A DNA stretch of 63,709 nucleotides, filler included, from Lama guanicoe (GCA_013239625.1; 212 parts of 212 records of this genome joined end to end with filler, not necessarily neighbours in it); one strand, 5' to 3'. Counted from the whole stretch's first letter, positions 25,282 through 38,310 are shown. The notes: generated from the letters alone by a model not told the origin. Translations and numbers: made by a program.

Positions 25282-25482
25282 GTATGCTGTTGGTGGGAAT
25301 GTAAAATGGTGAAGCCACTGTAGGAAAGAGTTTAGAAGCTTCTCAATAAGTTAAGCATAGAGTTACCATAGGACCCAGCAATTCCACTCCTAGATGTATG
25401 CCCAAGAGAAATGAAAACATATGCCAACACAGAGACTTGTGCACAAATGTTGATAGCAGCGTTATTCATAAGAGCCAAAAAG
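25282..25482 (+). mobile_element. Old LINE-1 (L1M) 3' fragment
   Basis: GGTGGGAATGTAAAATGGT..GACCCAGCAATTCCACTCCTAG..CCCAAGAGAAATGAAAACATATG..ATAGCAGCGTTATTCATAA. Confidence 0.88.
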
Positions 25483-26310
25483 NNNNNNNNNNNNNNNNNN
25501 NNNNNNNNNNNNNNNNNNNNNNNNNNTTAATTAATTAANNNNNNNNNNNNNNNNNNNNNNNNNNNNNNNNNNNNNNNNNNNNTAATCACCAAGTGGCTTG
25601 AAAATTCACTCTTGATAGGTGAGAATTGTATGTAAGATATAGATACAGTAGTTTTCATATTCACAGTTTGACATAAGCTGCCTGCCTTCTGGTTTGGCTT
25701 TTTTCTTCCTTGATTAAGGTACTGTGGGCTTCACAATCTTATTTTGAACAAAGCTCAAAACATTCTGTTTTGGAATGTGGCAANNNNNNNNNNNNNNNNN
25801 NNNNNNNNNNNNNNNNNNNNNNNNNNNTTAATTAATTAANNNNNNNNNNNNNNNNNNNNNNNNNNNNNNNNNNNNNNNNNNNNATGCAAAAGTTGGTTTG
25901 AGGCAGCTTCACGCTATTTGGAGTGTGGCCCGAGGTCGAGTGTGTCTCAGAGCCAAGGAGAAGGGGTGTATGAGTTTCATCCCACTGCAGCAGCAGTGGA
26001 GGCATGTGCCACGTGTGTTCTGGGCTTCCTTGGTGTTGGAGAGGACTCCTGAGTGCCCAGTGGCTATGTGGCGTTTCCCGGTGGNNNNNNNNNNNNNNNN
26101 NNNNNNNNNNNNNNNNNNNNNNNNNNNNTTAATTAATTAANNNNNNNNNNNNNNNNNNNNNNNNNNNNNNNNNNNNNNNNNNNNTCCCCAAGTTAGGTCA
26201 AGTCTCTAAAAGTATTATTTAAAGGCCACATTTGATAAGCTAGCTGTCATTCCTATGATAGTGTTTCTTGTTTAAATTAAACATTAAAAATAATGTTTGA
26301 CTTATTTCAG

Positions 26311-26356
26311 ATGCGGAAGAAGTTGGAGAATAATATAGATAGAGAATTAAAAGAAG
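26311..26356 (+). CDS. 46-bp internal exon of an ANKRD26-family gene (C-terminal coiled-coil region)
   Basis: Acceptor TTGACTTATTTCAG| and donor |GTATGT flank the exon. It encodes MRKKLENNIDRELKE, similar to recalled ANKRD26 MQQELEKNITRELKE. The paralogue cannot be assigned. Confidence 0.65.
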
Positions 26357-27182
26357 GTATGTTGCCAACATTTCTGAATTAAGTTNNNNNNNNNNNNNNN
26401 NNNNNNNNNNNNNNNNNNNNNNNNNNNNNTTAATTAATTAANNNNNNNNNNNNNNNNNNNNNNNNNNNNNNNNNNNNNNNNNNNNAAAATAAAGGGTTCC
26501 AGCCAGATGGTTCTTAAGATCCCTTCTATTTTTAACAATTTTCCATCCATTGTGCTACTTCAGAGCTTAAATATTATACACTCAATCTCATACATAGTGC
26601 TTTTTGTAGAGAAAAGATGAGTTTAGAGGAATAAAACTCCCTAATTAACTTACTAGATAAATGCTTGAAAAATAAAACCATATATANNNNNNNNNNNNNN
26701 NNNNNNNNNNNNNNNNNNNNNNNNNNNNNNTTAATTAATTAANNNNNNNNNNNNNNNNNNNNNNNNNNNNNNNNNNNNNNNNNNNNAAATATTAATAAAT
26801 GGTTGGTGCCACCCTGAAATACTCTCTATTAGTAACGGAATGATCTCAGTATCCTACCAAAGTAATATAAATGCGTAAAGGAAGTCATAAGAATGGAATT
26901 ATATTTTGTTAATGAAACATGGTGAATTTCTCCTGAAGCTGGTTTCTTCTGAATGGAAGAGAAAATAAGGGACACACTAATATGAGTNNNNNNNNNNNNN
27001 NNNNNNNNNNNNNNNNNNNNNNNNNNNNNNNTTAATTAATTAANNNNNNNNNNNNNNNNNNNNNNNNNNNNNNNNNNNNNNNNNNNNTGGTACTTGTTTG
27101 CTTTAAATCAATTAAATAGAAATCATTTTCAAATTAACTTTGATAATACCACCCAGAGGTGGGAAAATGCCGTATCTAAAAT

Positions 27183-27234
27183 GTGCATGTTCCTGGGTTC
27201 AATCCCCAGTACTTCCATTTAAAAAAAAAAAAAA
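27183..27234 (+). mobile_element. Truncated tRNA-Ala-derived SINE (B-box half plus poly-A)
   Basis: TCCTGGGTTCAATCCCCAGTACTTCCATTT followed by an A run. Confidence 0.7.
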
Positions 27235-28291
27235 GGTAGCAATTTTATGAACCACAACTATTTGTAATACACATGGAGAAAAATAAAANNNNNNNNNNNN
27301 NNNNNNNNNNNNNNNNNNNNNNNNNNNNNNNNTTAATTAATTAANNNNNNNNNNNNNNNNNNNNNNNNNNNNNNNNNNNNNNNNNNNNCCAGCTCAAGGG
27401 AGCAGGGGGACACACTGCTCCAGAGAGAGTTCTGCCCTGCAAAGGACACTGTGCCTGCCAGGCAGAGACTGCCCCGAGCTGCTGCTCTGAGGCTACTGGT
27501 GCAACCCAGGAGGGTCGAGGGGCTGTGGACGAGGAACCCCGGCTCCCCTCCTGGTCAAAGGACCTGAGTTAAGAGTCTTGCTTTTGTCCNNNNNNNNNNN
27601 NNNNNNNNNNNNNNNNNNNNNNNNNNNNNNNNNTTAATTAATTAANNNNNNNNNNNNNNNNNNNNNNNNNNNNNNNNNNNNNNNNNNNNAATAAATCTTC
27701 CCGACCGGAGAAGGTGCTCACAGCCGGCAGCACACTGCAGGAAGAAGACTGGGTTTTTCTGGGAGTTTTACAGTTTCCGGTCTTTCGTTAAAGACTTTAA
27801 TCCATTTTGAGTTTACTTTTGTGTATGGTTTAAGACAAGCATACAATTTCGTTCTTTTGGATGTAGATGTCCAGTTTTCCCAACATCACANNNNNNNNNN
27901 NNNNNNNNNNNNNNNNNNNNNNNNNNNNNNNNNNTTAATTAATTAANNNNNNNNNNNNNNNNNNNNNNNNNNNNNNNNNNNNNNNNNNNNAATTCAAATT
28001 GGAAGGGAAGAAGTCAAGCTTTCACTGCAGATGACACGAGGCTAGAGTCTAGAGATGAAGGAATCGGGTTTGGGGGGTCCCCTGGGTTCATAAGAAAGGT
28101 AGTCCCTGCTAGAGCCACCTGTCAACATCTATCCTCCTGGAAGGAGGAGAGTTGAGAAGGGATTTGGGAAGAAAAGGATGGCTTTGGACCANNNNNNNNN
28201 NNNNNNNNNNNNNNNNNNNNNNNNNNNNNNNNNNNTTAATTAATTAANNNNNNNNNNNNNNNNNNNNNNNNNNNNNNNNNNNNNNNNNNNN

Positions 28292-28492
28292 TTGGGCCAG
28301 AGTGGTGGCAAAGAAAAGAGTAAGAAATAATTGAATGTGGGTGTAGTATTTTGTAGAAGAACCAGTAGTACTGATGAATGGATTTGAGGTGGGGTGGAAG
28401 AGAAGAAGGAAAATTGGGATGACTTCAAAAGTTTTGGCTTGAGTCACCAGAAAAATGGAAATACTATTAATTAATGTGTCAAAGGCTGTAGG
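28292..28492. mobile_element. L2 LINE fragment
   Basis: TATTTTGTAGAAGAACCAGTAGTACTGATGAATGGATTTGAGGTGGG..GATGACTTCAAAAGTTTTGGCTTGAG resembles L2a. Confidence 0.65.
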
Positions 28493-29835
28493 NNNNNNNN
28501 NNNNNNNNNNNNNNNNNNNNNNNNNNNNNNNNNNNNTTAATTAATTAANNNNNNNNNNNNNNNNNNNNNNNNNNNNNNNNNNNNNNNNNNNNTCTGACCT
28601 TGAAATGAGTCACTTGATCATCTACAATTCCCTGAGCCAGGAAAGCAGCACCTGCACAAAACTCTATTTCCTCGCACCCTAGGTAGACAAGAAATATAAC
28701 AGACACTCATGCACACTCACACGGGGGAAGTAAATTGGATCTCTCAGAAAGTGTATACCTCTCCAGACTCACATCTTGGACATCTCTGTTAAGNNNNNNN
28801 NNNNNNNNNNNNNNNNNNNNNNNNNNNNNNNNNNNNNTTAATTAATTAANNNNNNNNNNNNNNNNNNNNNNNNNNNNNNNNNNNNNNNNNNNNTCTGCTT
28901 TCGGGCTGGGAATGGAGGGATCACAAAGATACAGGGAACACCACCCCGACCTCACGGAGCGGAGGGTCAGTGGGCAGCCTGGGCACGACGCAGCTGGTGA
29001 GAACACGGAGAAGCCTGGAGCGTGGGTGGTGCAGAGAGAGGCAGGCGCTGGGTGTGCGGGTGACGAGCGAGAGCTTCCTGCAGGCGGATTAGCANNNNNN
29101 NNNNNNNNNNNNNNNNNNNNNNNNNNNNNNNNNNNNNNTTAATTAATTAANNNNNNNNNNNNNNNNNNNNNNNNNNNNNNNNNNNNNNNNNNNNGGTAGG
29201 CAGAGCTGGGTCTCGGTCTCTGGCTGTAGTGCTCTGGGGGCCCAAGAGTTGATGTTTTGGTTTGCTGATGGGCAGGGCTTGGGCCCTGGGCATCCTGGGA
29301 CTGGTCCCTCCCCACTGGTGGGTGAGGCTTGTGTTGGGCTTAGTACGACCCCCATGGTAGGCAGAGCCAGGTCCCAGGGTCTCCGGCTGTCGTGCNNNNN
29401 NNNNNNNNNNNNNNNNNNNNNNNNNNNNNNNNNNNNNNNTTAATTAATTAANNNNNNNNNNNNNNNNNNNNNNNNNNNNNNNNNNNNNNNNNNNNAAAAA
29501 GAAGGTAAGAGAAATGGACCATTAAGAAATCTAGATACTGAAATATCAAACCAGGACTTGAAAGGAATTATTATTAATGTATTCAAAGAAATAAAGTAAA
29601 TAAATGGCAGAGATGAACAGACAGGTAATTTCACCAGAAAATTAAGTTTATTAAAGTATGTCAAACTGTTTGAATGACATGTAGTATCTCAAATCANNNN
29701 NNNNNNNNNNNNNNNNNNNNNNNNNNNNNNNNNNNNNNNNTTAATTAATTAANNNNNNNNNNNNNNNNNNNNNNNNNNNNNNNNNNNNNNNNNNNNTTTC
29801 CCTTTCATTTACTCATTCACTTAAAAAGCATTTTT

Positions 29836-29997
29836 AGAGGGTTGAATGGTGTCCCTTCCCAGAAAGATAGGTCTCTACCTGGAACTTGTGAATGTAGCCT
29901 TGTTTTGGAAAAAGGTCCTTGCAGATGTGATTGAGCTAAGGGTCTTGAGATGAAATCATCCTGGATTATCCAGAGGGACCCTAAACCTAATGACAAG
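29836..29997 (+). mobile_element. MaLR LTR (MLT1 family), 5' part
   Basis: GGTTGAATGGTGTCCC..CCTGGAACTTGTGAATGT..TTGGAAAAAGGTCCTTGCAGATGTGATT..TTGAGATGA..CCTGGATTATCC. Confidence 0.85.
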
Positions 29998-30699
29998 NNN
30001 NNNNNNNNNNNNNNNNNNNNNNNNNNNNNNNNNNNNNNNNNTTAATTAATTAANNNNNNNNNNNNNNNNNNNNNNNNNNNNNNNNNNNNNNNNNNNNAAA
30101 ACACTGCTCGTAAAAGAAAAGATTGCAAAGGTGACTATAATAAAAGTAAAAATGCGTGTTTAGCAAAACACACCACGAAGAAAAGTACATGGCAAGCCAC
30201 ATTTTGAGTAAAGATATAATACATACAACCAACAAATGTTTGTTACCCGGTGTTATAAAGAACTACAAACCAACAAGAAAATAACAACCAAATAGAGANN
30301 NNNNNNNNNNNNNNNNNNNNNNNNNNNNNNNNNNNNNNNNNNTTAATTAATTAANNNNNNNNNNNNNNNNNNNNNNNNNNNNNNNNNNNNNNNNNNNNTT
30401 ATATTCAGGAGTATTAGCAATATGAGATTAAATACTGAACACCCCACACTTCCCCAAAGCAAAGTGCAGTATATGCTACATAAGCTTTTAGTTATCTGAT
30501 TCTCATTTCTGATCCTACAGGCAATTTTTGTGTTGCATGATTCCCCGCAGCCTGGAAGGTCATTTTAGCCATAGGTGGCGCTGTTGCACCTTCTTACAGN
30601 NNNNNNNNNNNNNNNNNNNNNNNNNNNNNNNNNNNNNNNNNNNTTAATTAATTAANNNNNNNNNNNNNNNNNNNNNNNNNNNNNNNNNNNNNNNNNNNN

Positions 30700-30900
30700 G
30701 TGACAAAAGACCTAACAATTGTGTCATCCCAGTCCCAGAGCAGAGAAGGAGGTGGTGGTAGAAAGAATTTTCAAATTTAGCAAAGCACATAAACCTACAA
30801 TCCAAGAAGCTGAGTACATCCCAAACAGCATGGATCTAAAGAAATGTACATGTAATAAGAAATGTTTATAGTCAAACTTCTGAAACTCATGACAAAGAAA
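30700..30900 (+). mobile_element. Old LINE-1 ORF1 remnant
   Basis: CTAACAATTGTGTCATCCCAGTCCCAGA..ATAAACCTACAATCCAAGAAGCTGAG..CCCAAACAG..ATAGTCAAACTTCTGAAA. Confidence 0.6.
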
Positions 30901-31903
30901 NNNNNNNNNNNNNNNNNNNNNNNNNNNNNNNNNNNNNNNNNNNNTTAATTAATTAANNNNNNNNNNNNNNNNNNNNNNNNNNNNNNNNNNNNNNNNNNNN
31001 GCAACCTGCGTGACTTAGGGAGAAGGGGTAAGAGAGAGCAGTGAGAGAAGGGGGGGTTGAGACCGTGCACTTGAAGGGAAACTGGATCCAGCCAGAAAGT
31101 GAGCAAGTCATTTCAGCGTTGAGGAGCAGCAGTTCAGTGCTCCCCTCTGTTGTTTCCCAACTCCTTCTTTGTCCAGAAATTACACCCACCGGCTCTTTAG
31201 ANNNNNNNNNNNNNNNNNNNNNNNNNNNNNNNNNNNNNNNNNNNNTTAATTAATTAANNNNNNNNNNNNNNNNNNNNNNNNNNNNNNNNNNNNNNNNNNN
31301 NAGTGGGGCTGCAGCAGATTGACCAAGGGGCAGCAGCAGGACATGGTCACCTGAGTGATGGGGGCTGGATCAAAGGCTGTTGTGAGGATCTCAGCTTTTA
31401 CCTTGATTGAGATGCAGCTACTGTGGGGCTCTGGAAAAGGGAAGGACACAATTCGATTTGTACTCTAGCAGGTTCCTGCCAGCGTGATGAGTATAGACAA
31501 TTNNNNNNNNNNNNNNNNNNNNNNNNNNNNNNNNNNNNNNNNNNNNTTAATTAATTAANNNNNNNNNNNNNNNNNNNNNNNNNNNNNNNNNNNNNNNNNN
31601 NNCCCCTGGCCCTCAGGCTCTCCGTCGTGTTACGGTGGCTTTTGGACACACTGCTCTAACGTGCCTCCCTGTCGGCGACCTGTGGTTCCCATCATATAAT
31701 CCGTACCGTAGGCCTTGACGGGACACATTCAGGCTCATATCAAGCATGGATGATCCTTAGGGTAAAGTTAGTCGTGTGCAGTTTTTACATTAACGAGTCA
31801 TGANNNNNNNNNNNNNNNNNNNNNNNNNNNNNNNNNNNNNNNNNNNNTTAATTAATTAANNNNNNNNNNNNNNNNNNNNNNNNNNNNNNNNNNNNNNNNN
31901 NNN

Positions 31904-32104
31904 AAAATCTTCAGAACCTAAGCATGGAGTTTTTAGACTTGACACTAAAGCATAATTCATAAAAATACAGATTGATAAATTGGACTTCATAAAAATTAAA
32001 AACTTCTGCTCTGCGAAAGACCCTATAAAGAAGATGAAAAGACAATCTACAGATAGGGAGCAAATTATTTCCAAACCACATATCCAACAAATGACTTGTA
32101 TCCA
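31904..32104 (+). mobile_element. LINE-1 ORF2 3' fragment
   Basis: ATTGATAAATTGGACTTCATAAAAATTAAAAACTTCTGCTCTGCGAAAGAC..AAAAGACAATCTACAGA. Confidence 0.88.
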
Positions 32105-33107
32105 NNNNNNNNNNNNNNNNNNNNNNNNNNNNNNNNNNNNNNNNNNNNTTAATTAATTAANNNNNNNNNNNNNNNNNNNNNNNNNNNNNNNNNNNNNNNN
32201 NNNNAAATTGTCTCTTCAAGTGAGTGTGTTGGGAAAACTGGACTCCTGTCTTAACACCTCTCTCAAAAAGTGGACTCAAAATGGATTAAAGACTTAAATA
32301 TGCAAGGCCCGAAAGTGTAAAACTGCTAGAAGAATCTGGCAGTAATTCTTTTGGATATCGTGCTAACAGCACAACCGACGAAACCAAACAGGCGGGGGGC
32401 ACATCNNNNNNNNNNNNNNNNNNNNNNNNNNNNNNNNNNNNNNNNNNNNTTAATTAATTAANNNNNNNNNNNNNNNNNNNNNNNNNNNNNNNNNNNNNNN
32501 NNNNNTCGATACAAGGTATTTGGCCACTGGGAGCTGTAATTCATTTCATGTCCTCGTAAGTAATTAAGAACCCTAGAAGAGTAGATTCTAATTGGAACTT
32601 TGAGACTTCATAAAGTTCTCAGATGCCTTTACCTCGGACTATGTCAAGGATCTGGAATAATGTAGATTATATAGGCCTGCTTACTCCCTTTGGTTTTATA
32701 TTATGGNNNNNNNNNNNNNNNNNNNNNNNNNNNNNNNNNNNNNNNNNNNNTTAATTAATTAANNNNNNNNNNNNNNNNNNNNNNNNNNNNNNNNNNNNNN
32801 NNNNNNTGCTGGCTGGCAAGTTTTTAAAATTTTTCATCAGTCTTGTTTGGGGTTTGAACGAAGCCCACTTCAGAAAAAAAAGATACCTAAGTCTGCAAAA
32901 CACACTGTATCTTACTACCTTATAAGGTATCCACTTTCAACTACTAACCATACACGAGCATGAATGGGTCTTGAGAATATCTAATTCCATAAAAATCAGG
33001 GGAGCTGNNNNNNNNNNNNNNNNNNNNNNNNNNNNNNNNNNNNNNNNNNNNTTAATTAATTAANNNNNNNNNNNNNNNNNNNNNNNNNNNNNNNNNNNNN
33101 NNNNNNN

Positions 33108-33308
33108 TTTTTAAGGAACCTCCATACTGTTCCCCACAGTGGCTACACCGGTTTACACTCCCACCAGCAGTGTAGGATGGCTTCCTTTCTCCACAGCTTC
33201 TCCAGCATTTATTATTTGTAGACATTTTAATAATGGCCATTCCTACTGGAGTGAGGTGGTACCCCATTATACTTTTAATTTCTCTTTCTTTAATAATTAG
33301 CAATGTTC
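33108..33308 (-). mobile_element. LINE-1 ORF2 3' fragment
   Basis: Minus frame [40 protein letters not shown] matches the L1 ORF2 C-terminal region. Confidence 0.92.
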
Positions 33309-33709
33309 NNNNNNNNNNNNNNNNNNNNNNNNNNNNNNNNNNNNNNNNNNNNTTAATTAATTAANNNNNNNNNNNNNNNNNNNNNNNNNNNNNNNNNNNN
33401 NNNNNNNNGCACTTACTGTGAAGCTGAAGTTGCTGTCGCAAGAAGAAGGTCCCCTTGCGATGCGCCGCGCCGCTCCGGCATTCACAGCATGGGAAATCCA
33501 ATTTCCAGCCAAGGCTGGGGGGTGGCGGGCATGTGCCCGGCTCCCACCAGGATGGGAGATTCAACCGTACACAGGGCATACCTGCGCTCGTGGGCGTCAT
33601 CCACTCTCCNNNNNNNNNNNNNNNNNNNNNNNNNNNNNNNNNNNNNNNNNNNNTTAATTAATTAANNNNNNNNNNNNNNNNNNNNNNNNNNNNNNNNNNN
33701 NNNNNNNNN

Positions 33710-33743
33710 AGGAAGGAAGGAAGGAAGGAAGGAAGGAAGGAAG
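33710..33743. repeat. (GGAA)n microsatellite
   Basis: About 8 tandem GGAA units at the fragment start. Confidence 0.9.
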
Positions 33744-34393
33744 CTGTCCCAGGCTGTGCATCCTGAGATGTCCCTGGTCCAATGCGCTCATTCTGCCATC
33801 CTTCTTGGAGTCCTGCTCTTAACTCCTATGCCTTCTCAGAGGTTGTTCATACACCATCCATCTCTTTTCCATGCGATCAGAATCCTCATAAAGCCCACTG
33901 CTGCTCTGGCNNNNNNNNNNNNNNNNNNNNNNNNNNNNNNNNNNNNNNNNNNNNTTAATTAATTAANNNNNNNNNNNNNNNNNNNNNNNNNNNNNNNNNN
34001 NNNNNNNNNNTTGTCCTCGCTCTCCGTGTCACTGGAGTAGTCGCTCTGCGGGGAGAGACAGGCAGGAGAACGGGGTGAGCGGGGATCCCTCTACGCTGCG
34101 CCTGACACAGGAGTCAGCGGGCGCGGGGCAGTCCCTCCCGGCACGGAAGCTCTTACAGGAACAGGAGGGGACACACCCCAAGGGCCGGTTCGGGGGCCGC
34201 TCAGGGAAAGTNNNNNNNNNNNNNNNNNNNNNNNNNNNNNNNNNNNNNNNNNNNNTTAATTAATTAANNNNNNNNNNNNNNNNNNNNNNNNNNNNNNNNN
34301 NNNNNNNNNNNCTCCTGTGTCCTCCTTTTGAAGATACGCTCACCCAGTCTGTTGTGATGCCTCTGCTCTCCGTGGTGGAAACCAGCATCGGTC

Positions 34394-34512
34394 ATGGTCA
34401 GTGAAAACTACACGCGGGTCACTGAGTTCATTTTCAGAGGTTTGAATTACAACCCCAACTGCAGTTGCTTCTCTTCCTGCTCTTTCTGAGTTTCTACGTC
34501 ATCAACCTAACC
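34394..34512 (+). pseudogene. Olfactory receptor 5' end with a 1-bp frameshift
   Basis: MVSENYTRVTEFIFRGLNYNP has the N-glycosylation sequon and the VTEFI motif. After adding one C in the CCCC run at 34453-34456 it continues QLQLLLFLLFLSFYVINLT (TM1). Unshifted, it hits TGA at 34487. Confidence 0.8.
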
Positions 34513-34612
34513 NNNNNNNNNNNNNNNNNNNNNNNNNNNNNNNNNNNNNNNNNNNNTTAATTAATTAANNNNNNNNNNNNNNNNNNNNNNNNNNNNNNNN
34601 NNNNNNNNNNNN

Positions 34613-34813
34613 CATGAAAAGATGCTCAACATCACTAATTGTTAGAGAAATGCAAATCAGACTACAGTGAGATATCACCTCACACCAGCCAGAATGACCA
34701 TCATTCAAAAGTCTACAAATGATAAATGCGGGAGAGGGTGTGGAGAACAGGGAACCCTCCTACGCTGCTGGTAGGAATGTCAATTGGTGCAGCCACTATG
34801 GAGAACAGTATGG
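34613..34813 (+). mobile_element. LINE-1 ORF2 3' region
   Basis: Encodes MKRCSTSLIVREMQIRLQ../YHLTPARMTIIQKSTNDKC. Homologous to 11137. Confidence 0.92.
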
Positions 34814-35056
34814 NNNNNNNNNNNNNNNNNNNNNNNNNNNNNNNNNNNNNNNNNNNNTTAATTAATTAANNNNNNNNNNNNNNNNNNNNNNNNNNNNNNN
34901 NNNNNNNNNNNNNGGAAAGATGGGAGGGAGGAAGGCAAAAAGGAGGAAAGGAAGGGAAGACTGTTTACTGGATAAAGGCAAGGTTGATGCCTTTGCGGGA
35001 CACGAGTTAGTCCTGTTCATTTTGTCCTCGCCAGGCTGACATATAACCCGCACTGT

Positions 35057-35114
35057 TAGGGTCGTCAGCTTTAACAAATAAAAATACAGAATGCCCAGTG
35101 AAATTTGAATCTCA
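35057..35114. mobile_element. MER53-like DNA transposon end
   Basis: TAGGGTCGTCAGCTTTAACAAATAAAAATACAGAATGCCCAGTGAAATTTGAATCTCA resembles the MER53 terminus. Confidence 0.6.
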
Positions 35115-38100
35115 NNNNNNNNNNNNNNNNNNNNNNNNNNNNNNNNNNNNNNNNNNNNTTAATTAATTAANNNNNNNNNNNNNNNNNNNNNNNNNNNNNN
35201 NNNNNNNNNNNNNNTGTTTGCTTACAGTACTGCTGAAATGAAAACCTCCTGGAAGCGTTTTACTTTGTGGTGCAGCCCTGGGAACCATCACCTTGTTCAT
35301 CTTGAAGCACACACACTATATATAAAGCTGTAGCTCCACATGTATCTGGCCAAGATAGATACACTTAATCTTCTTATATTTTTATACTTCAGCAATTTAA
35401 AAATGTCTGCTTGGCNNNNNNNNNNNNNNNNNNNNNNNNNNNNNNNNNNNNNNNNNNNNTTAATTAATTAANNNNNNNNNNNNNNNNNNNNNNNNNNNNN
35501 NNNNNNNNNNNNNNNTATACTTTTCAAAATGTAAGGCTCACTCATGCCCCCCGCCCCGCATTCTGGGGTGGGGTTACAGACAGGATGCTGGGGCCCGGGG
35601 TCTGCACACGTGTGTCACCCATCATGTGTGTCACGGTGGGAAAACTCAGAACTGCTGCCTCAGGGCAGTATGGACATCCCTTCACACAAAATACACTCAT
35701 TCTGCTGGAAGCAGCANNNNNNNNNNNNNNNNNNNNNNNNNNNNNNNNNNNNNNNNNNNNTTAATTAATTAANNNNNNNNNNNNNNNNNNNNNNNNNNNN
35801 NNNNNNNNNNNNNNNNTGTAGTGGTTTTAACATGTATCCAAAATTTGTTGATACTCCTCCCTCCACGCAGAAGTTAATTCACTTTCCCTTGGGTATAAGC
35901 TTAACTTAGTGATTCACTTACAATAAAGAATGGAAAGGGGAAAATAGTAACTTTAGAGTGGAGAAACATGGCAGGCATCACACCAACCAAGTGATTAAGG
36001 TCTCCATCACCAATAATNNNNNNNNNNNNNNNNNNNNNNNNNNNNNNNNNNNNNNNNNNNNTTAATTAATTAANNNNNNNNNNNNNNNNNNNNNNNNNNN
36101 NNNNNNNNNNNNNNNNNAATCTCAGAAAAAGACTTTGACAGAATTTCAGTTCATTTTCAGTCAAGGGTGTTTCTGCATTTTTCTAAATTGTCCTGTTTTT
36201 CCTCCATCCCCACGTGGCCACATAGGCCTGACAATTCTGATCCCTCCCACCCCGGGATCAGCCTCTGTGTTCTCATCTCTACAATGGGATGCTGTGATAG
36301 CAGTCACAGGGGTGAGGTNNNNNNNNNNNNNNNNNNNNNNNNNNNNNNNNNNNNNNNNNNNNTTAATTAATTAANNNNNNNNNNNNNNNNNNNNNNNNNN
36401 NNNNNNNNNNNNNNNNNNCATATTGAATTCTCTTCAAGAGACCCACAGAATCTTCACTTCTAAAATTCTATTTCCCTTTAGTACACAGATCATTTCACTC
36501 CAGTTCAATAGTTAAGCCCTTTCCATGTGTTTAGCTGTCCTAATCCTGTTACTGCCCACACACAGGTAGACAGACTGATCTGTTAGCCACACGTGTGCTG
36601 CCGGCAGGTACGTATGTCANNNNNNNNNNNNNNNNNNNNNNNNNNNNNNNNNNNNNNNNNNNNTTAATTAATTAANNNNNNNNNNNNNNNNNNNNNNNNN
36701 NNNNNNNNNNNNNNNNNNNGGTCTCCTTGTGTTTAGGAACCAAGATGGATACTATCCCCACCCCAGAAGGGCATTTGTGTGATGCTGTTTCTTCTACTTG
36801 TGTTTATCTGTGCACAGATGTCATCCTCATCACCATCCTTGTCACCATCACCATCCTCATCCCTCTTCCTGTTGTTTTCATGTCATCTCCCCCCTCTCAC
36901 AGCTCATGGGGAGTGAATTTNNNNNNNNNNNNNNNNNNNNNNNNNNNNNNNNNNNNNNNNNNNNTTAATTAATTAANNNNNNNNNNNNNNNNNNNNNNNN
37001 NNNNNNNNNNNNNNNNNNNNTATTTTTCAGTGAATTGTAAGTGATTTACATGTTGTGTCAGTTTCTGGGGTACAGCATAGTGATTCAGCTGTACATATAT
37101 ATTCTCTTTCATTATAGATTATTACAGAGATGTATCATTTTATACCTAAATCTACTTTGCCTAATCTTATTACCTATGGTCAAGAATTAGAGTTCCATTT
37201 AGAGAAATGTTTCCTTCTTTGNNNNNNNNNNNNNNNNNNNNNNNNNNNNNNNNNNNNNNNNNNNNTTAATTAATTAANNNNNNNNNNNNNNNNNNNNNNN
37301 NNNNNNNNNNNNNNNNNNNNNGATGTCAGGGATGTCCAACTAGACAAGTCTGTCGTTCCCCAGAACATCACTAAAGAACGGGCATTGCTGAGCAACCCTG
37401 CAAGTTTATGAACATGTCATTGATAGCATAACTCTATACAGCAGTCGTGAGGCCCGCCAATGTCTGAACGAACGTGGTCCTGTGTAGATAAAGGACTGGA
37501 GGGCTGGGATCTAGCCCCGCAGNNNNNNNNNNNNNNNNNNNNNNNNNNNNNNNNNNNNNNNNNNNNTTAATTAATTAANNNNNNNNNNNNNNNNNNNNNN
37601 NNNNNNNNNNNNNNNNNNNNNNTCAGGAGAAAGACCCTGGCTGGGTAACAAACCCATAGTTGCAACCACACACTTCTTTACTAGGCCTGCTCTCCTCCAC
37701 TATTCCACCTGTATTTTGACCCCCATGCTGCTCAGGGTTTCCAGCGTTTCCCCCATAAACGCGCGACCTCCGCGGAAACACCCACTCCCTAGACCTTACC
37801 TCCGACCCCAAACATTGTCAAAANNNNNNNNNNNNNNNNNNNNNNNNNNNNNNNNNNNNNNNNNNNNTTAATTAATTAANNNNNNNNNNNNNNNNNNNNN
37901 NNNNNNNNNNNNNNNNNNNNNNNTATCTGCATTGGTACTCATTACATGAAAACACAGTGTTGTGTGACTTTGTATGTTTGCCAACATCAGACTTCCTCTT
38001 GGGATTCCTGTGTGGGAGTCTGATGGAATAGCCTTTTTAACAAAGCAGTATTAACCGTGTGAGCTGAAACCTTACCCTTTTTGTGACTTTCACAAATGTG

Positions 38101-38310
38101 ATGTGGGCTGATGCAAAGCTGCATNNNNNNNNNNNNNNNNNNNNNNNNNNNNNNNNNNNNNNNNNNNNTTAATTAATTAANNNNNNNNNNNNNNNNNNNN
38201 NNNNNNNNNNNNNNNNNNNNNNNNGGAGTGATAACAAAGATGACATATTAAAGGGGGTAAGTTTGGTACTTGACTGGCTGGGAGCTCTTGGCTCTCTTCA
38301 GTTCTCTCTT

